This document shows positions 27,769 through 35,927 of a stretch of DNA of 64,000 nucleotides, piece after piece. A program made the position numbers and the translations under genes. Each line of letters opens with the position of its first letter. Position 1 is the stretch's first letter. Where the stretch lies: positions 69,912 through 133,911 of the forward strand of contig CADBKQ010000003.1 of NCBI GenBank assembly GCA_902795275.1, given 5' to 3'. The notes under the pieces are model-generated. The model ran no database searches. It worked only from the letters and a program-made list of their open reading frames with translations, and was not told the DNA's origin. The stretch comes from an uncultured Eubacteriales bacterium (lineage in GTDB: Bacteria > Bacillota > Clostridia > Christensenellales > Aristaeellaceae).

Positions 27769-28325
27769 TGAAGAACACCAATATCATCATCGTGGGCGTG
27801 GGCGGCCAGGGCATCCTGCTCACCAGCAAAATCCTGGGCTACCTGGCCCTGGACATGGGCGAGAACGTGAAGGTCAGCGAAGTCCACGGCATGAGCCAGC
27901 GGGGCGGCAGCGTGATCACCCACGTGCGCATCGGCCGGGACGTGCATTCCCCCCTGGTGGACCCGGGCGAAGCGGACTTCGTGCTGAGCTTTGAAAAGCT
28001 GGAAGCGCTGCGGGCGGAATATTTCCTGAAAAAGGACGGGGTGCTGATTTCCAACACGCAGGAGATCCTGCCCATGCCCGTGATCATGGGCAACACCCAA
28101 TACCCGCACATCGACCCCAAGCAGGAAAAGGCCGTGCTGCTGGACGCCCTGAAGCTGGCCGAGGACGCGGGCAGCGCCCGGGCCGTCAACATCGTGCTGC
28201 TTGGCGTGCTCTCCCGCTTCATGGACTGGCCCCGGGAAAAATGGGAATCCGCCATCGAAGCCTGCGTGCCGGCTAAGACGCTGGAGATCAATTTGAAAGC
28301 GTTCCGAGCTGGAGCAAAAGCGTGA
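27765..28325 (+). CDS. iorB: Indolepyruvate:ferredoxin oxidoreductase subunit beta
   Basis: MMKNTNIIIVGVGGQGILLTSKILG start, overlapping the iorA stop (ATGATG). The track ORF start at 27636 is an extension. Confidence 0.88.
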   Translation: MMKNTNIIIVGVGGQGILLTSKILGYLALDMGENVKVSEVHGMSQRGGSVITHVRIGRDVHSPLVDPGEADFVLSFEKLEALRAEYFLKKDGVLISNTQEILPMPVIMGNTQYPHIDPKQEKAVLLDALKLAEDAGSARAVNIVLLGVLSRFMDWPREKWESAIEACVPAKTLEINLKAFRAGAKA

Positions 28326-28367
28326 GGGCAAAACAAAGACGATTCAATGCAGCCAGTTTGGAAACGG

Positions 28368-28403
28368 GCCAAAAGCCTTCCACTTGAGGGGAAGGCTTTT
28401 GGC
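28368..28403 (+). terminator. Hairpin after iorB (no clear U-tract)
   Basis: gccaaaagccttcc (28368-28381) pairs with ggaaggcttttggc (28390-28403), a 14-bp stem. Confidence 0.5.
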
Positions 28404-28478
28404 TGGTTCCTCTCTCCTACCTGAAAAAACTTCTTTCCTCTTTTGTAATAATATGTTATAATGTTTATGGAGGCAGTT

Positions 28479-29591
28479 TTGCAGTATCGGGGAACGAACA
28501 TCCGGGTGGATTTGGGGGCAATCGCCGCGAACACGGCGGTTCTCCGGCGAGCGACCCTGCCCGCGCCCCACATGCTGGCGGTGGTGAAGGCCAACGCCTA
28601 CGGCCACGGGCTGGTACAAGTAGCGAAAACCGCGCTGCAAAACGGCGCGGACTGGCTGGGCGTGGCCATCCCCGAGGAAGGGGAGCGCCTGCGGGAAGCG
28701 GGCGTGGAAGCGCCCATCCTGGTGCTGGGCGCGGTGACGGAACGCGGCGCGGAAGCCAGCGTGCGGAACCGGCTGACCCAGGCGGTGTTCGACCCCGCGC
28801 GCGTGCGGATGCTGGAAGAAGCCGCGGCACGGCTGAATATGACTGCGGATATGCACCTCAAATGCGACACCGGCATGGGCCGCATCGGCGTGCGCACGGA
28901 ACATGAATTGCAAGCAGTGCTGGATGCGCTGAAAGCAGCGCCCCACGTGCGGCTCACCGGCGCGTTCACCCACTTCGCCGACGCGGACGGGGACAGCGAC
29001 GCCTATTCCCTCCGGCAGATCGACGCCTTCAACCGCCTGACCGCCCTGCTGCCCAAGGGCCTTCTCATTCACGCTGCGGCCAGCGCCGCCAGCCTGCGGT
29101 ATCCCCAGGCCCGGTACGGCATGACCCGGCAGGGCATTTCCCTCTACGGCTGCGCGCCGGTGCCGGAAGCGCCGGAGCTGAAACCCGCCCTTTCCTGGCA
29201 CACGGAAATCGTGTATGTGAAAGACCTGCCCGCCGGGGCCTGCGTCAGCTACGGCTGCACCTACAAAGCCGAAAAGGACATGCGGGTGGCGACCCTGCCC
29301 GTGGGCTACGGCGACGGCTACCACCGGGCCCTGTCCGGCAAGGCCTTCGTGCTCATCGGCGGGAAGCGCTGCCCGGTCATCGGCCGGGTGTGTATGGACC
29401 AGATCATGGCCGACGTGACCGACGTGCCGGAAGAAAAGCTATACTTAGGCGCGCCCGCGGTGCTGCTGGGGCGGCAGGAAAACGAGGAAATCACCGCCGA
29501 CGAGCTGGCCTCCTGGGCCGGCACCATCAGCTATGAAATGCTCCTGGCCGCCACGGCAAGAGTGCCGATCCTCTATGACGGAGATATTTAG
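28479..29591 (+). CDS. alr: Alanine racemase
   Basis: PLP-Lys motif AVVKANAYGHG. The -10 box TGtTATAAT (28454-28462) overlaps the track ATG at 28461, so I prefer the TTG at 28479, which follows GGAGG (28469-28473). Confidence 0.88.
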   Translation: MQYRGTNIRVDLGAIAANTAVLRRATLPAPHMLAVVKANAYGHGLVQVAKTALQNGADWLGVAIPEEGERLREAGVEAPILVLGAVTERGAEASVRNRLTQAVFDPARVRMLEEAAARLNMTADMHLKCDTGMGRIGVRTEHELQAVLDALKAAPHVRLTGAFTHFADADGDSDAYSLRQIDAFNRLTALLPKGLLIHAAASAASLRYPQARYGMTRQGISLYGCAPVPEAPELKPALSWHTEIVYVKDLPAGACVSYGCTYKAEKDMRVATLPVGYGDGYHRALSGKAFVLIGGKRCPVIGRVCMDQIMADVTDVPEEKLYLGAPAVLLGRQENEEITADELASWAGTISYEMLLAATARVPILYDGDI

Positions 29592-29606
29592 GAAAACCGC
29601 AGAAAC

Positions 29607-29720
29607 GAGAGTTCAGAGCACAGAGTTCAGAGTACAGATCATATCGCAATACCGCTTTGAATTCTTTGAATGAGCAGACCATATCAATCTGGACTCTGCA
29701 CTCTGTACTCTGTACTCTGA
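29607..29720. repeat. Heptad-arm palindromic element, copy G (AGAGTRC class)
   Basis: The left arm gagagttcagagcacagagttcagagtacagatc (29607-29640) is the inverted repeat of tctggactctgcactctgtactctgtactctga (29688-29720). Loop is 47 nt. It begins 16 nt after the alr stop. Confidence 0.9.
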
Positions 29721-29736
29721 CGAAAGGGTTTCGTTT

Positions 29737-30552
29737 ATGCAGACTCAATCCAAAAACGCGAAGAACAAAACGAAGCTGGTTTACAAGCCCTATCTGAAGG
29801 GCAACCTGATCGACGGCGCGGCGGTGAAGCGGGGCGTGCGCCTGATGGCGTATTACCTCATGTTCGTGTTTCTCTATCTCATCCTGGGCAGTGCCTTGCA
29901 GTTCGGTAACTTCGCGGTGCGTACGATCATGAATCTGCTGATCGTGCTCATCTGCGCTTTGATCGTGTACATGGACGGTTCCCGGCTGGGCGAAAACGAA
30001 GTGGCCTTCGGCGAAATCGCCTATTCCCGGCAGGAAACGGGAAAGCCCGTGGACGAAAAAGACCGGCAGCGCTGCTTCCATCCCGGCAAGGGCTGGATGA
30101 TCGCCCTGATCGGCGCCATCCCCGTGATCCTGATCACCCTTCCCCACGCCCTGACCGCCACGAAGCAGGTGTACATCCTGCAATCCCTGCCCCGCTGGGT
30201 GAGCGGCTACAGCAGCCAGGAGGAGATCACCGCGCCGCTGTCCTATTATACCCGGGATGCGGGCCTGGGCGCGATGGACGTGCTGCGCATGGTGTCCCGC
30301 GTGCTAATTTTCCCCTTCGCCAACATCGCCACCACCGACCGGCCCGACATGCTGCTGCTCTTTGACCGGCTCAGTCCCCTGCTGGCCGCCCTGCCGCTGC
30401 TGGGCTTCCCCATCGGCTATCTGACCGGCCCCCGCAGCCGCGCCATGATTCACGGCGGCATCTCCAGCAGCAACAAGCGCGCCCAGCGGAAAAGGAAGAA
30501 GGCCCTCAAGGCCCGCCAGGCGCGGACAGCCAAAAACAATCAGATCATTTAA
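29737..30552 (+). CDS. Integral membrane protein of unknown function with a basic C-terminal tail
   Basis: 271-aa ORF with 4-5 predicted TM helices and a KR-rich tail (NKRAQRKRKKALKARQARTAKNN). No family recognised. Confidence 0.5.
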   Translation: MQTQSKNAKNKTKLVYKPYLKGNLIDGAAVKRGVRLMAYYLMFVFLYLILGSALQFGNFAVRTIMNLLIVLICALIVYMDGSRLGENEVAFGEIAYSRQETGKPVDEKDRQRCFHPGKGWMIALIGAIPVILITLPHALTATKQVYILQSLPRWVSGYSSQEEITAPLSYYTRDAGLGAMDVLRMVSRVLIFPFANIATTDRPDMLLLFDRLSPLLAALPLLGFPIGYLTGPRSRAMIHGGISSSNKRAQRKRKKALKARQARTAKNNQII

Positions 30553-30555
30553 GCC

Positions 30556-31125
30556 ATGCGGATCATTGCAGGAGAGATGCGCTCCCGGAAGCTGAAAGCG
30601 CCCGAGGGCATGGACACCCGCCCCACCGCCGACCGGGTGAAGGAAGCGCTGTTTTCCATCCTGGGCAGCCGGGTATACGGCGCGCGGGTGCTGGACTTGT
30701 ACGGCGGCAGCGGCGCGCTGGCCCTGGAAGCTCTGAGCCGCGGCGCGGACAGCGCCGTGATCTGCGACCTGAGCGCCAAGGCCTGCGCGGTGATTCAGGA
30801 GAACATTGACACCTTGAACTGCGGCGACAGGGCGAAGCTCCTTCGCATGAAGGACACGGCGGCCCTCAGCGCCCTGCAAAAGAAGGGCGACAAATTCGAC
30901 CTGATTTTCCTTGACCCGCCCTACCGCTTGTCCACCATACCCATTTGCCAGGCTATTGTGGAAAGCGGCTTGCTGAAACCGGAAGGCATGATCGTCGTCG
31001 AGCATGACCGCAATACGCCGCCGGACATCCTGCCGCCGCTGGCCATGACCGATCATCGGGAGTATGGCGCGGCGGGCCTGAGCTTTTACCAGTTGCAGAA
31101 CGGGGAGGAGAGCCATGAGCTGTAA
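30556..31125 (+). CDS. rsmD: 16S rRNA (guanine966-N2)-methyltransferase RsmD
   Basis: MRIIAGEMRSRKLKAPEGMDTRPTADRVKEALFSIL...DLIFLDPPY is the classic RsmD pattern. Confidence 0.9.
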   Translation: MRIIAGEMRSRKLKAPEGMDTRPTADRVKEALFSILGSRVYGARVLDLYGGSGALALEALSRGADSAVICDLSAKACAVIQENIDTLNCGDRAKLLRMKDTAALSALQKKGDKFDLIFLDPPYRLSTIPICQAIVESGLLKPEGMIVVEHDRNTPPDILPPLAMTDHREYGAAGLSFYQLQNGEESHEL

Positions 31126-31615
31126 ATACGGCGACCATTGCTGCCTCTATCCCGGCAGCTTCGACCCCGTGACCCTGGGCCACCTGGACATCATCCGCCG
31201 GGCCGCCGCGATCTTTGACACCGTGGTGGTGGGCGTGCTGCACAACCCGGACAAGCAGGGCCTTTTCTCCGTGGGGCAGCGGGTGGACATGCTGGAAAGA
31301 GCCTGCGCGGAGATTCCCAACGTGAAGATCATCGCCTGGCCCGGCCTGCTGGCCGACCTCACCCGGGAAACCGGCATCCGCGCGGTGGTGCGGGGCGTGC
31401 GGAATGCCGCCGACCTGGACAGCGAAAGCACCATGGCCCACATCAACGGCCGGCTTGACCCCGGCCTGGAAACCCTGTTCCTGCCCGCGTCGCCCGAGCG
31501 CGCGGACGTGAGCGCCAGCATGGTGCGCCAATTAGCCTCCTTCGGTGCGGACATTTCATCCTTCGTTCCCTCTCAGGTTTTGCCGGATATTCTGGCAGCC
31601 TTTTCAAAATCATGA
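31115..31615 (+). CDS. coaD: Pantetheine-phosphate adenylyltransferase
   Basis: YPGSFDPVTLGHLDIIRRA (H/TxGH) motif. It follows rsmD in the conserved order. Confidence 0.93.
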   Translation: MSCKYGDHCCLYPGSFDPVTLGHLDIIRRAAAIFDTVVVGVLHNPDKQGLFSVGQRVDMLERACAEIPNVKIIAWPGLLADLTRETGIRAVVRGVRNAADLDSESTMAHINGRLDPGLETLFLPASPERADVSASMVRQLASFGADISSFVPSQVLPDILAAFSKS

Positions 31616-31639
31616 ACCATAAAAAAGGAGGATTTAACC

Positions 31640-32266
31640 ATGTCTACCAATCGCCTGATGACCTTTGAACTGCTGGACCGTATGGAGCAGCTCCTTTCGG
31701 AAGCCTGGGCCGTTCCCCTGACCAAGAAATTCATGCTGGACAAGGAAGAATTCTCCAGCCTGATGCGCCGCCTGGAAGAAAGCATTCCCGTGGACGTGCA
31801 GAACGCCAAGACCATCATCGACCAGGAAGAAAACATCATCAACGAAAGCAACCGCATCGCCGAGGAAACCACCCGCACCGCCAGCGCCGAAGCGCAGGCG
31901 ACGGTGGACAACGCCAAGCAGGAAGCCAACGCCATGGTGAACGACGCCCAGGCCCGCGCCGCCGAAACCCTGCGCACCTCCACCGACCAGGCCAACGCCA
32001 TGGTCGCCGACGCTCAGACCCGCGCCAACGCGCTGGTGGCTGACGCCCAGGCCCGCGCCGCCCAGATGGTGGCCGACAGCGAAATTGTGGCCCGCGCCCA
32101 GGCCCAGGCCCAGGAAATGCTGGAAAGCGCCCACCGGGACTGCGAAGCCTACACCGCCCGGGTGCACGACTCCATCAACCAGCTCATGGAGCAGCTGGAC
32201 ATCAGCGTGAACCAGCAGGCCGAGGCCGTCCGCGCCCTGCGGCAGCAGTACGCCAACCCGCAGTGA
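31640..32266 (+). CDS. Ala/Gln-rich coiled-coil protein, function unknown
   Basis: 208-aa ORF with internal repeats (ANAMVNDAQARAA / ANAMVADAQTRAN / ALVADAQARAA). GGAGG RBS at 31625-31629. Confidence 0.6.
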   Translation: MSTNRLMTFELLDRMEQLLSEAWAVPLTKKFMLDKEEFSSLMRRLEESIPVDVQNAKTIIDQEENIINESNRIAEETTRTASAEAQATVDNAKQEANAMVNDAQARAAETLRTSTDQANAMVADAQTRANALVADAQARAAQMVADSEIVARAQAQAQEMLESAHRDCEAYTARVHDSINQLMEQLDISVNQQAEAVRALRQQYANPQ

Positions 32267-32275
32267 GACAAGACA

Positions 32276-32603
32276 ATAGGGATTAGGGATTAGGGATTAG
32301 GGATTTGTTATAGAGTACAGAGTTATATGGTCGATCAATTCTGGATTCCGCAGCATGTTCACTCTATCATCTGATACTATTCTCAAATCAAACAAGCTAA
32401 TCAGAATCATTCAGGTAACGTTGTCATTCTTGTCATCCTGAGCGCGCTCGGCCGCGAAGGACCTCCCTCGTTTATGACCCCAGAAGCAGGGGAGGTCCTT
32501 CGACTCCGCTTCGCTCCGCTCAGGATGACAGCGAAGCGCGGATGACAGAACTGTTCCCTCGTATTTGCTGTATGAACTCTGCACTCTGTACTCTGTACTC
32601 TTC
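32276..32603. repeat. Composite repeat locus F: orphan TAGGGAT array plus an AGAGTRC-class element with an expanded loop
   Basis: aatagggattagggattagggattagggattt (32276-32306) has no inverted partner. It is followed by the short arm agagtacagagtt (32312-32324). The matching far arm is gaactctgcactctgtactctgtactcttc (32574-32603). Confidence 0.85.
32432..32529. repeat. Nested palindrome (GTCATCCTGAGCG...CGCTCAGGATGAC) inside the loop of locus F
   Basis: Outer 13-bp inverted repeat at 32432-32444 and 32517-32529. Inner 12-bp inverted repeat gaaggacctccc (32456-32467) pairs with gggaggtccttc (32490-32501). Confidence 0.85.
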
Positions 32604-32647
32604 TCTCCGCCATAGGCGCTGATGATTGATTTTTTTGTGAAAATCCC

Positions 32648-32676
32648 TTGACATCCGGCGGCCTGATGGATATACT
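32648..32676 (+). promoter_or_regulatory. Sigma-A-type promoter of rpmH
   Basis: TTGACA (32648-32653), a 17-nt spacer, then TATACT (32671-32676). Confidence 0.7.
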
Positions 32677-32763
32677 ATAATGGCTGTTTTGTGGTGTATT
32701 GCCTCATTACGCGCAGAATAATGCCATCTGGCATTTCGGATTTTAAAAGGAGTTGTTGTTGTC

Positions 32764-32898
32764 ATGAAACGTACCTATCAGCCCAAGAAACGCCAGCGCA
32801 ATAAGGTGCATGGTTTCCGTGCCCGCATGAGCACCAAAAACGGCCGCAAGGTGCTGGCCCGCCGCCGCAATCGTGGCCGCAAGGAGCTGACGGTCTGA
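32764..32898 (+). CDS. rpmH: 50S ribosomal protein L34
   Basis: My translation gives [44 protein letters not shown] (44 aa). It is below the ORF-track length cut-off. AAGGAG RBS. Confidence 0.97.
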   Translation: MKRTYQPKKRQRNKVHGFRARMSTKNGRKVLARRRNRGRKELTV

Positions 32899-33043
32899 TC
32901 CGCCGCTCCCCTCTTTCTTGCATGGCTTGGCCCGCCCCGCGCTTGCCAGAGAGCATGGATTCGTGGGGCGGGTTTGCTGTTATGCCCGGAAATCTCCGCG
33001 GCGCGGCGGCAAACGATTATTGATTCGATTCGGCTGGGCAGAT

Positions 33044-33382
33044 ATGGAAAAGCAGTATCGTCTGAGGAAGAACGGGCAGTTTCGCTACGTCTATAAAAAA
33101 GGCAAGGGCGGGGCGTGCCGCGAAATGTCGGTGGGATTTGCGAAGGGATCAAAGCTGCTGGTCGGCTTTTCCGTGAGCAAAAAGATCGGCAACGCCGTGA
33201 CCCGCAACAAGGTCAGGCGGCGGCTGCGGGAAGCGTTCCGGGCGGAATTGCCTTCTCTTCGGACGGGCCTGTACGTGGTCACGGCGCGGGAGCCGGCCGC
33301 GGAGGCTGATTTTGCCCGCATTTCCCAGTCGCTTCGCTATTTGCTGCGCAAGCAGGGCCTGTATCGGGATGGCATCAAATGA
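33044..33382 (+). CDS. rnpA: Ribonuclease P protein component
   Basis: [21 protein letters not shown]... with the RNR motif ([19 protein letters not shown]). The track start at 32918 is an extension. Confidence 0.9.
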   Translation: MEKQYRLRKNGQFRYVYKKGKGGACREMSVGFAKGSKLLVGFSVSKKIGNAVTRNKVRRRLREAFRAELPSLRTGLYVVTAREPAAEADFARISQSLRYLLRKQGLYRDGIK

Positions 33383-33627
33383 AACGTGTCTTGCTTTCCG
33401 TCATCCGTTTTTACCGGCGCAGGGTGAGTCCCGGGCTTCCCCGCGCCTGCCGGTTCTATCCCACCTGTTCCGAATACGCCGAGGAAGCGATCCGGCGCTT
33501 CGGCGCGGTCCGGGGCGGACAGCTGGCCGCAAGGCGGATCCTTCGCTGCCATCCTTTCGCCAGAGGCGGGTATGACCCCGTGCCCGAGGCGCCCAGTGCT
33601 ATCATTAGGAGGGACGAAAATCCTTGA
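33379..33627 (+). CDS. yidD: Membrane protein insertion efficiency factor YidD
   Basis: [34 protein letters not shown] signature. Confidence 0.92.
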   Translation: MKRVLLSVIRFYRRRVSPGLPRACRFYPTCSEYAEEAIRRFGAVRGGQLAARRILRCHPFARGGYDPVPEAPSAIIRRDENP

Positions 33628-34676
33628 ACGCGATTGAGCAATTCCTGTACGACGTCCTGGCGGGCATCAACAGCCTGGTGGGAAATTATGGCGTATCCAT
33701 CATCATCTTCACGATGCTGATGCGTATCCTGATCATGCCCTTCGACTACAAGAGCCGCAAGGGGATGCGCAAAATGGCGCTGATCCAGCCCAAGATCAAC
33801 GAACTGCAGAAGAAGTACGCCAACGACCAGCAGAAGCTGCAGCAGAAGCAGGCCGAGCTGATGAAGAAGGAAGGGTACAATCCCCTGTCCGGCTGCCTGC
33901 CGCTGCTGCTCACCTGGCCCATTATGTTCGCCATGTTCGCCGCTATGCGCGGCATCGCCAACGAACAGATGGCCCTGCAGGCCTTCCGCTACCTGGCGGG
34001 AGAGACCAACATCATCGCCGCCGCCGATCGGTTCCTGTGGGTGAAAAACATCTGGATGCCGGACTCTCTGTTCGCTTCCATCGCCCCCAACGCCCAGGCG
34101 CTGAACATGATTCCCGCCAACATGTGGCAGCGCGCGCTTGAAACCCTGTCCGAAGGCCAGCTGGCGGCCGTCACCCAGAGCATCGCCGCCGTGAGTGAAA
34201 CCGCCCTGGATTTCAGCACCAACGACGCCGTGAAGACCAGCGTGGCCACCATCCTCACCGCCCTGGGCCAGATGCCCGGCTACGTGGAAGCCGTGGCCAC
34301 CGTACCCGGCTGGGCCAACATCAATTTCTTCCTGTTCTCCATCACCCTGTTCAAGCAGTACAACGGTCTGCTGATCCTGCCCGTGCTGGCGGGCGTGAGC
34401 CAGGTGCTCCAGTACAAGTTCAACCCGGCCATGAACGAGAACCAGCAGGCCCAGGCGAACGGCAGCAGCCAGGCAAACGGGATGAACACCTTCATGAAGT
34501 ACTTCTTCCCCGTCCTGTCCGTGTTCTGGTGCCTCACCTCCAACGCGGGCTTCGCCGTGTACTGGGTCACCTCCACCATCGCCATGTGGATTCAGAGCGT
34601 GATCATCACCAAAATCCTTGAGAAAAAAGACGCGCAGAAAGCGCAGATTGCATCCGGAGAGGGGTCCATCAAATAA
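33624..34676 (+). CDS. yidC: Membrane insertase YidC/Oxa1 family
   Basis: 350-aa polytopic ORF with a non-ATG (TTG) start. Motifs [18 protein letters not shown] and [11 protein letters not shown]. Confidence 0.88.
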   Translation: MNAIEQFLYDVLAGINSLVGNYGVSIIIFTMLMRILIMPFDYKSRKGMRKMALIQPKINELQKKYANDQQKLQQKQAELMKKEGYNPLSGCLPLLLTWPIMFAMFAAMRGIANEQMALQAFRYLAGETNIIAAADRFLWVKNIWMPDSLFASIAPNAQALNMIPANMWQRALETLSEGQLAAVTQSIAAVSETALDFSTNDAVKTSVATILTALGQMPGYVEAVATVPGWANINFFLFSITLFKQYNGLLILPVLAGVSQVLQYKFNPAMNENQQAQANGSSQANGMNTFMKYFFPVLSVFWCLTSNAGFAVYWVTSTIAMWIQSVIITKILEKKDAQKAQIASGEGSIK

Positions 34677-35629
34677 TGAAAGTATATGAATACTCCGCCC
34701 GCACCATCCAGGAAGCCATCGACCAGGGACTGGAGGAGCTGGGCGTAGCGATCAGCGACGTCACTGTGGACGTGCTGGAAGAAGGCAGCAAGGGCCTGTT
34801 CGGGCTGTTCGGCTCCCGCCCCGCCAAAGTCCGCCTCACCATGAAAGAGGATGAGGCCTCCGGCGACGTGGCCCGCTCTATCCTGGCGGACGCCATGAAA
34901 CCCGCGGACGTCAAGGAATCCAAGCCCCGCAAGCAGGAAAAGGCCGCCGCGCCCAAGGCTGAAAAAACCGCGGCGGAACAGACGGTAAAAGAAGAAAAGG
35001 CAGAAAAGCCCGCGCCCAAGCCCCGCAAGCCCCGGACGCCCAAAGAGGACGCCAAGCCTGAAGCCGACAAGGAAGAGGCGCCCAAGAAGGAAAGCAAGCC
35101 CCGGGCTCCCCGCGCGCCCAAAGCGCCCAAGGAACCCAAAGAACCCAAAGTGATCGTTCCCGCTGAGCAGGCCGACCGCGCCACCGCCGCCGGCCGCGCC
35201 CAGGAATTCCTCCAGGAAGTGACCAAGCTGATGGGCGTGAACGTGTCCGTGGCCGTGGCCAACGACGAAGAAGGCAACGTGCGCGTGAACATGGAAGGCG
35301 ACACCCTGGGCATCCTCATCGGACGCCGGGGCGAAACCCTGGACGCCCTGCAATACCTCACCAGCCTGCAGGTCAACAAGGGCCAGGAGGATTACACCCG
35401 CGTCACCCTGGACACCGAGGGCTACCGCGCCAAGCGGGAAGAAGCGCTGGTGCGCCTGGCCAACCGCATGGCGAACCGCGCCCAGAAGACGGGCCGCAAG
35501 GTGAGCCTGGAGCCCATGAACCCCTACGAGCGCCGCATTCTGCACAGCGCCCTCCAGGATCATCCCGCCGTCACCACCCACTCCGAGGGCGAAGAACCCA
35601 ACCGGCACGTGGTCATTACCCTGAAATAA
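34676..35629 (+). CDS. khpB: RNA-binding protein Jag/KhpB (Jag_N, KH, R3H) with a long Lys/Pro/Glu-rich linker
   Basis: N-terminus [24 protein letters not shown]-terminal R3H motif (EPMNPYERRILHSALQD). Conserved position after yidC. Confidence 0.88.
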   Translation: MKVYEYSARTIQEAIDQGLEELGVAISDVTVDVLEEGSKGLFGLFGSRPAKVRLTMKEDEASGDVARSILADAMKPADVKESKPRKQEKAAAPKAEKTAAEQTVKEEKAEKPAPKPRKPRTPKEDAKPEADKEEAPKKESKPRAPRAPKAPKEPKEPKVIVPAEQADRATAAGRAQEFLQEVTKLMGVNVSVAVANDEEGNVRVNMEGDTLGILIGRRGETLDALQYLTSLQVNKGQEDYTRVTLDTEGYRAKREEALVRLANRMANRAQKTGRKVSLEPMNPYERRILHSALQDHPAVTTHSEGEEPNRHVVITLK

Positions 35630-35636
35630 TCAGATG

Positions 35637-35672
35637 AAAAGCAGCCTGAACCGGGCTGCTTTTTTTCTTTTT
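35637..35672 (+). terminator. Intrinsic terminator after jag
   Basis: gcagcc-tgaaccg-ggctgc followed by tttttttcttttt. Confidence 0.8.
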
Positions 35673-35705
35673 GATAAAACGTCAAAAAATCAGACAGAAA
35701 CCGCA

Positions 35706-35734
35706 TTGACAACGAACGAAAAAACGGTTATACT
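35706..35734 (+). promoter_or_regulatory. Sigma-A-type promoter of the uracil permease leader
   Basis: TTGACA (35706-35711), a 17-nt spacer, then TATACT (35729-35734). Confidence 0.7.
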
Positions 35735-35744
35735 CTCCACGGTT

Positions 35745-35851
35745 CATCTTTAAGGCGGTACAGAGAGACCGGCAAGAGACGATGGAACGCTTTTGCTTGC
35801 GCGGAGAAACGCGCGTTCATGGTCTGCCTGTGCCGGGCAGGCTTTTCTTTT
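35745..35851 (+). promoter_or_regulatory. PyrR-binding attenuator (PyrR binding loop plus terminator)
   Basis: cTTTAAGGCGGTACAGAGAGACCGGCAAGAG resembles the PyrR binding-loop consensus as I recall it (UUUAA..CAGAGAGGC..AAG). It is followed by gcctg-tgccggg-caggc plus ttttctttt (35826-35851) upstream of a uracil permease gene. Confidence 0.7.
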
Positions 35852-35927
35852 ATCCCGGAGATGGACAAGGGCTGCATATTAACGCGCACAGCGTTGATAT
35901 AAATTCTTGATAGGGGGATATAAACCA

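Noticed and set aside
32407-32613. 68-aa ORF (MAERRVQSTECRVHTAN...VILSGAKRSRRTSP...), and the N-terminal extensions of track ORFs that run through repeat arms (for example 48997-49803, 6997-7464, 29527-30183).
   Set aside because: These peptides are translations of the palindromic repeats (periodic STECRVQ, SLIPNP and EELGVRSEE strings), not genes.
32267-32763. Possible oriC upstream of rpmH.
   Set aside because: No dnaA gene is adjacent. I found no clear TTATCCACA/TGTGGATAA boxes or AT-rich unwinding element. The spacer is occupied by repeat elements and the rpmH promoter.
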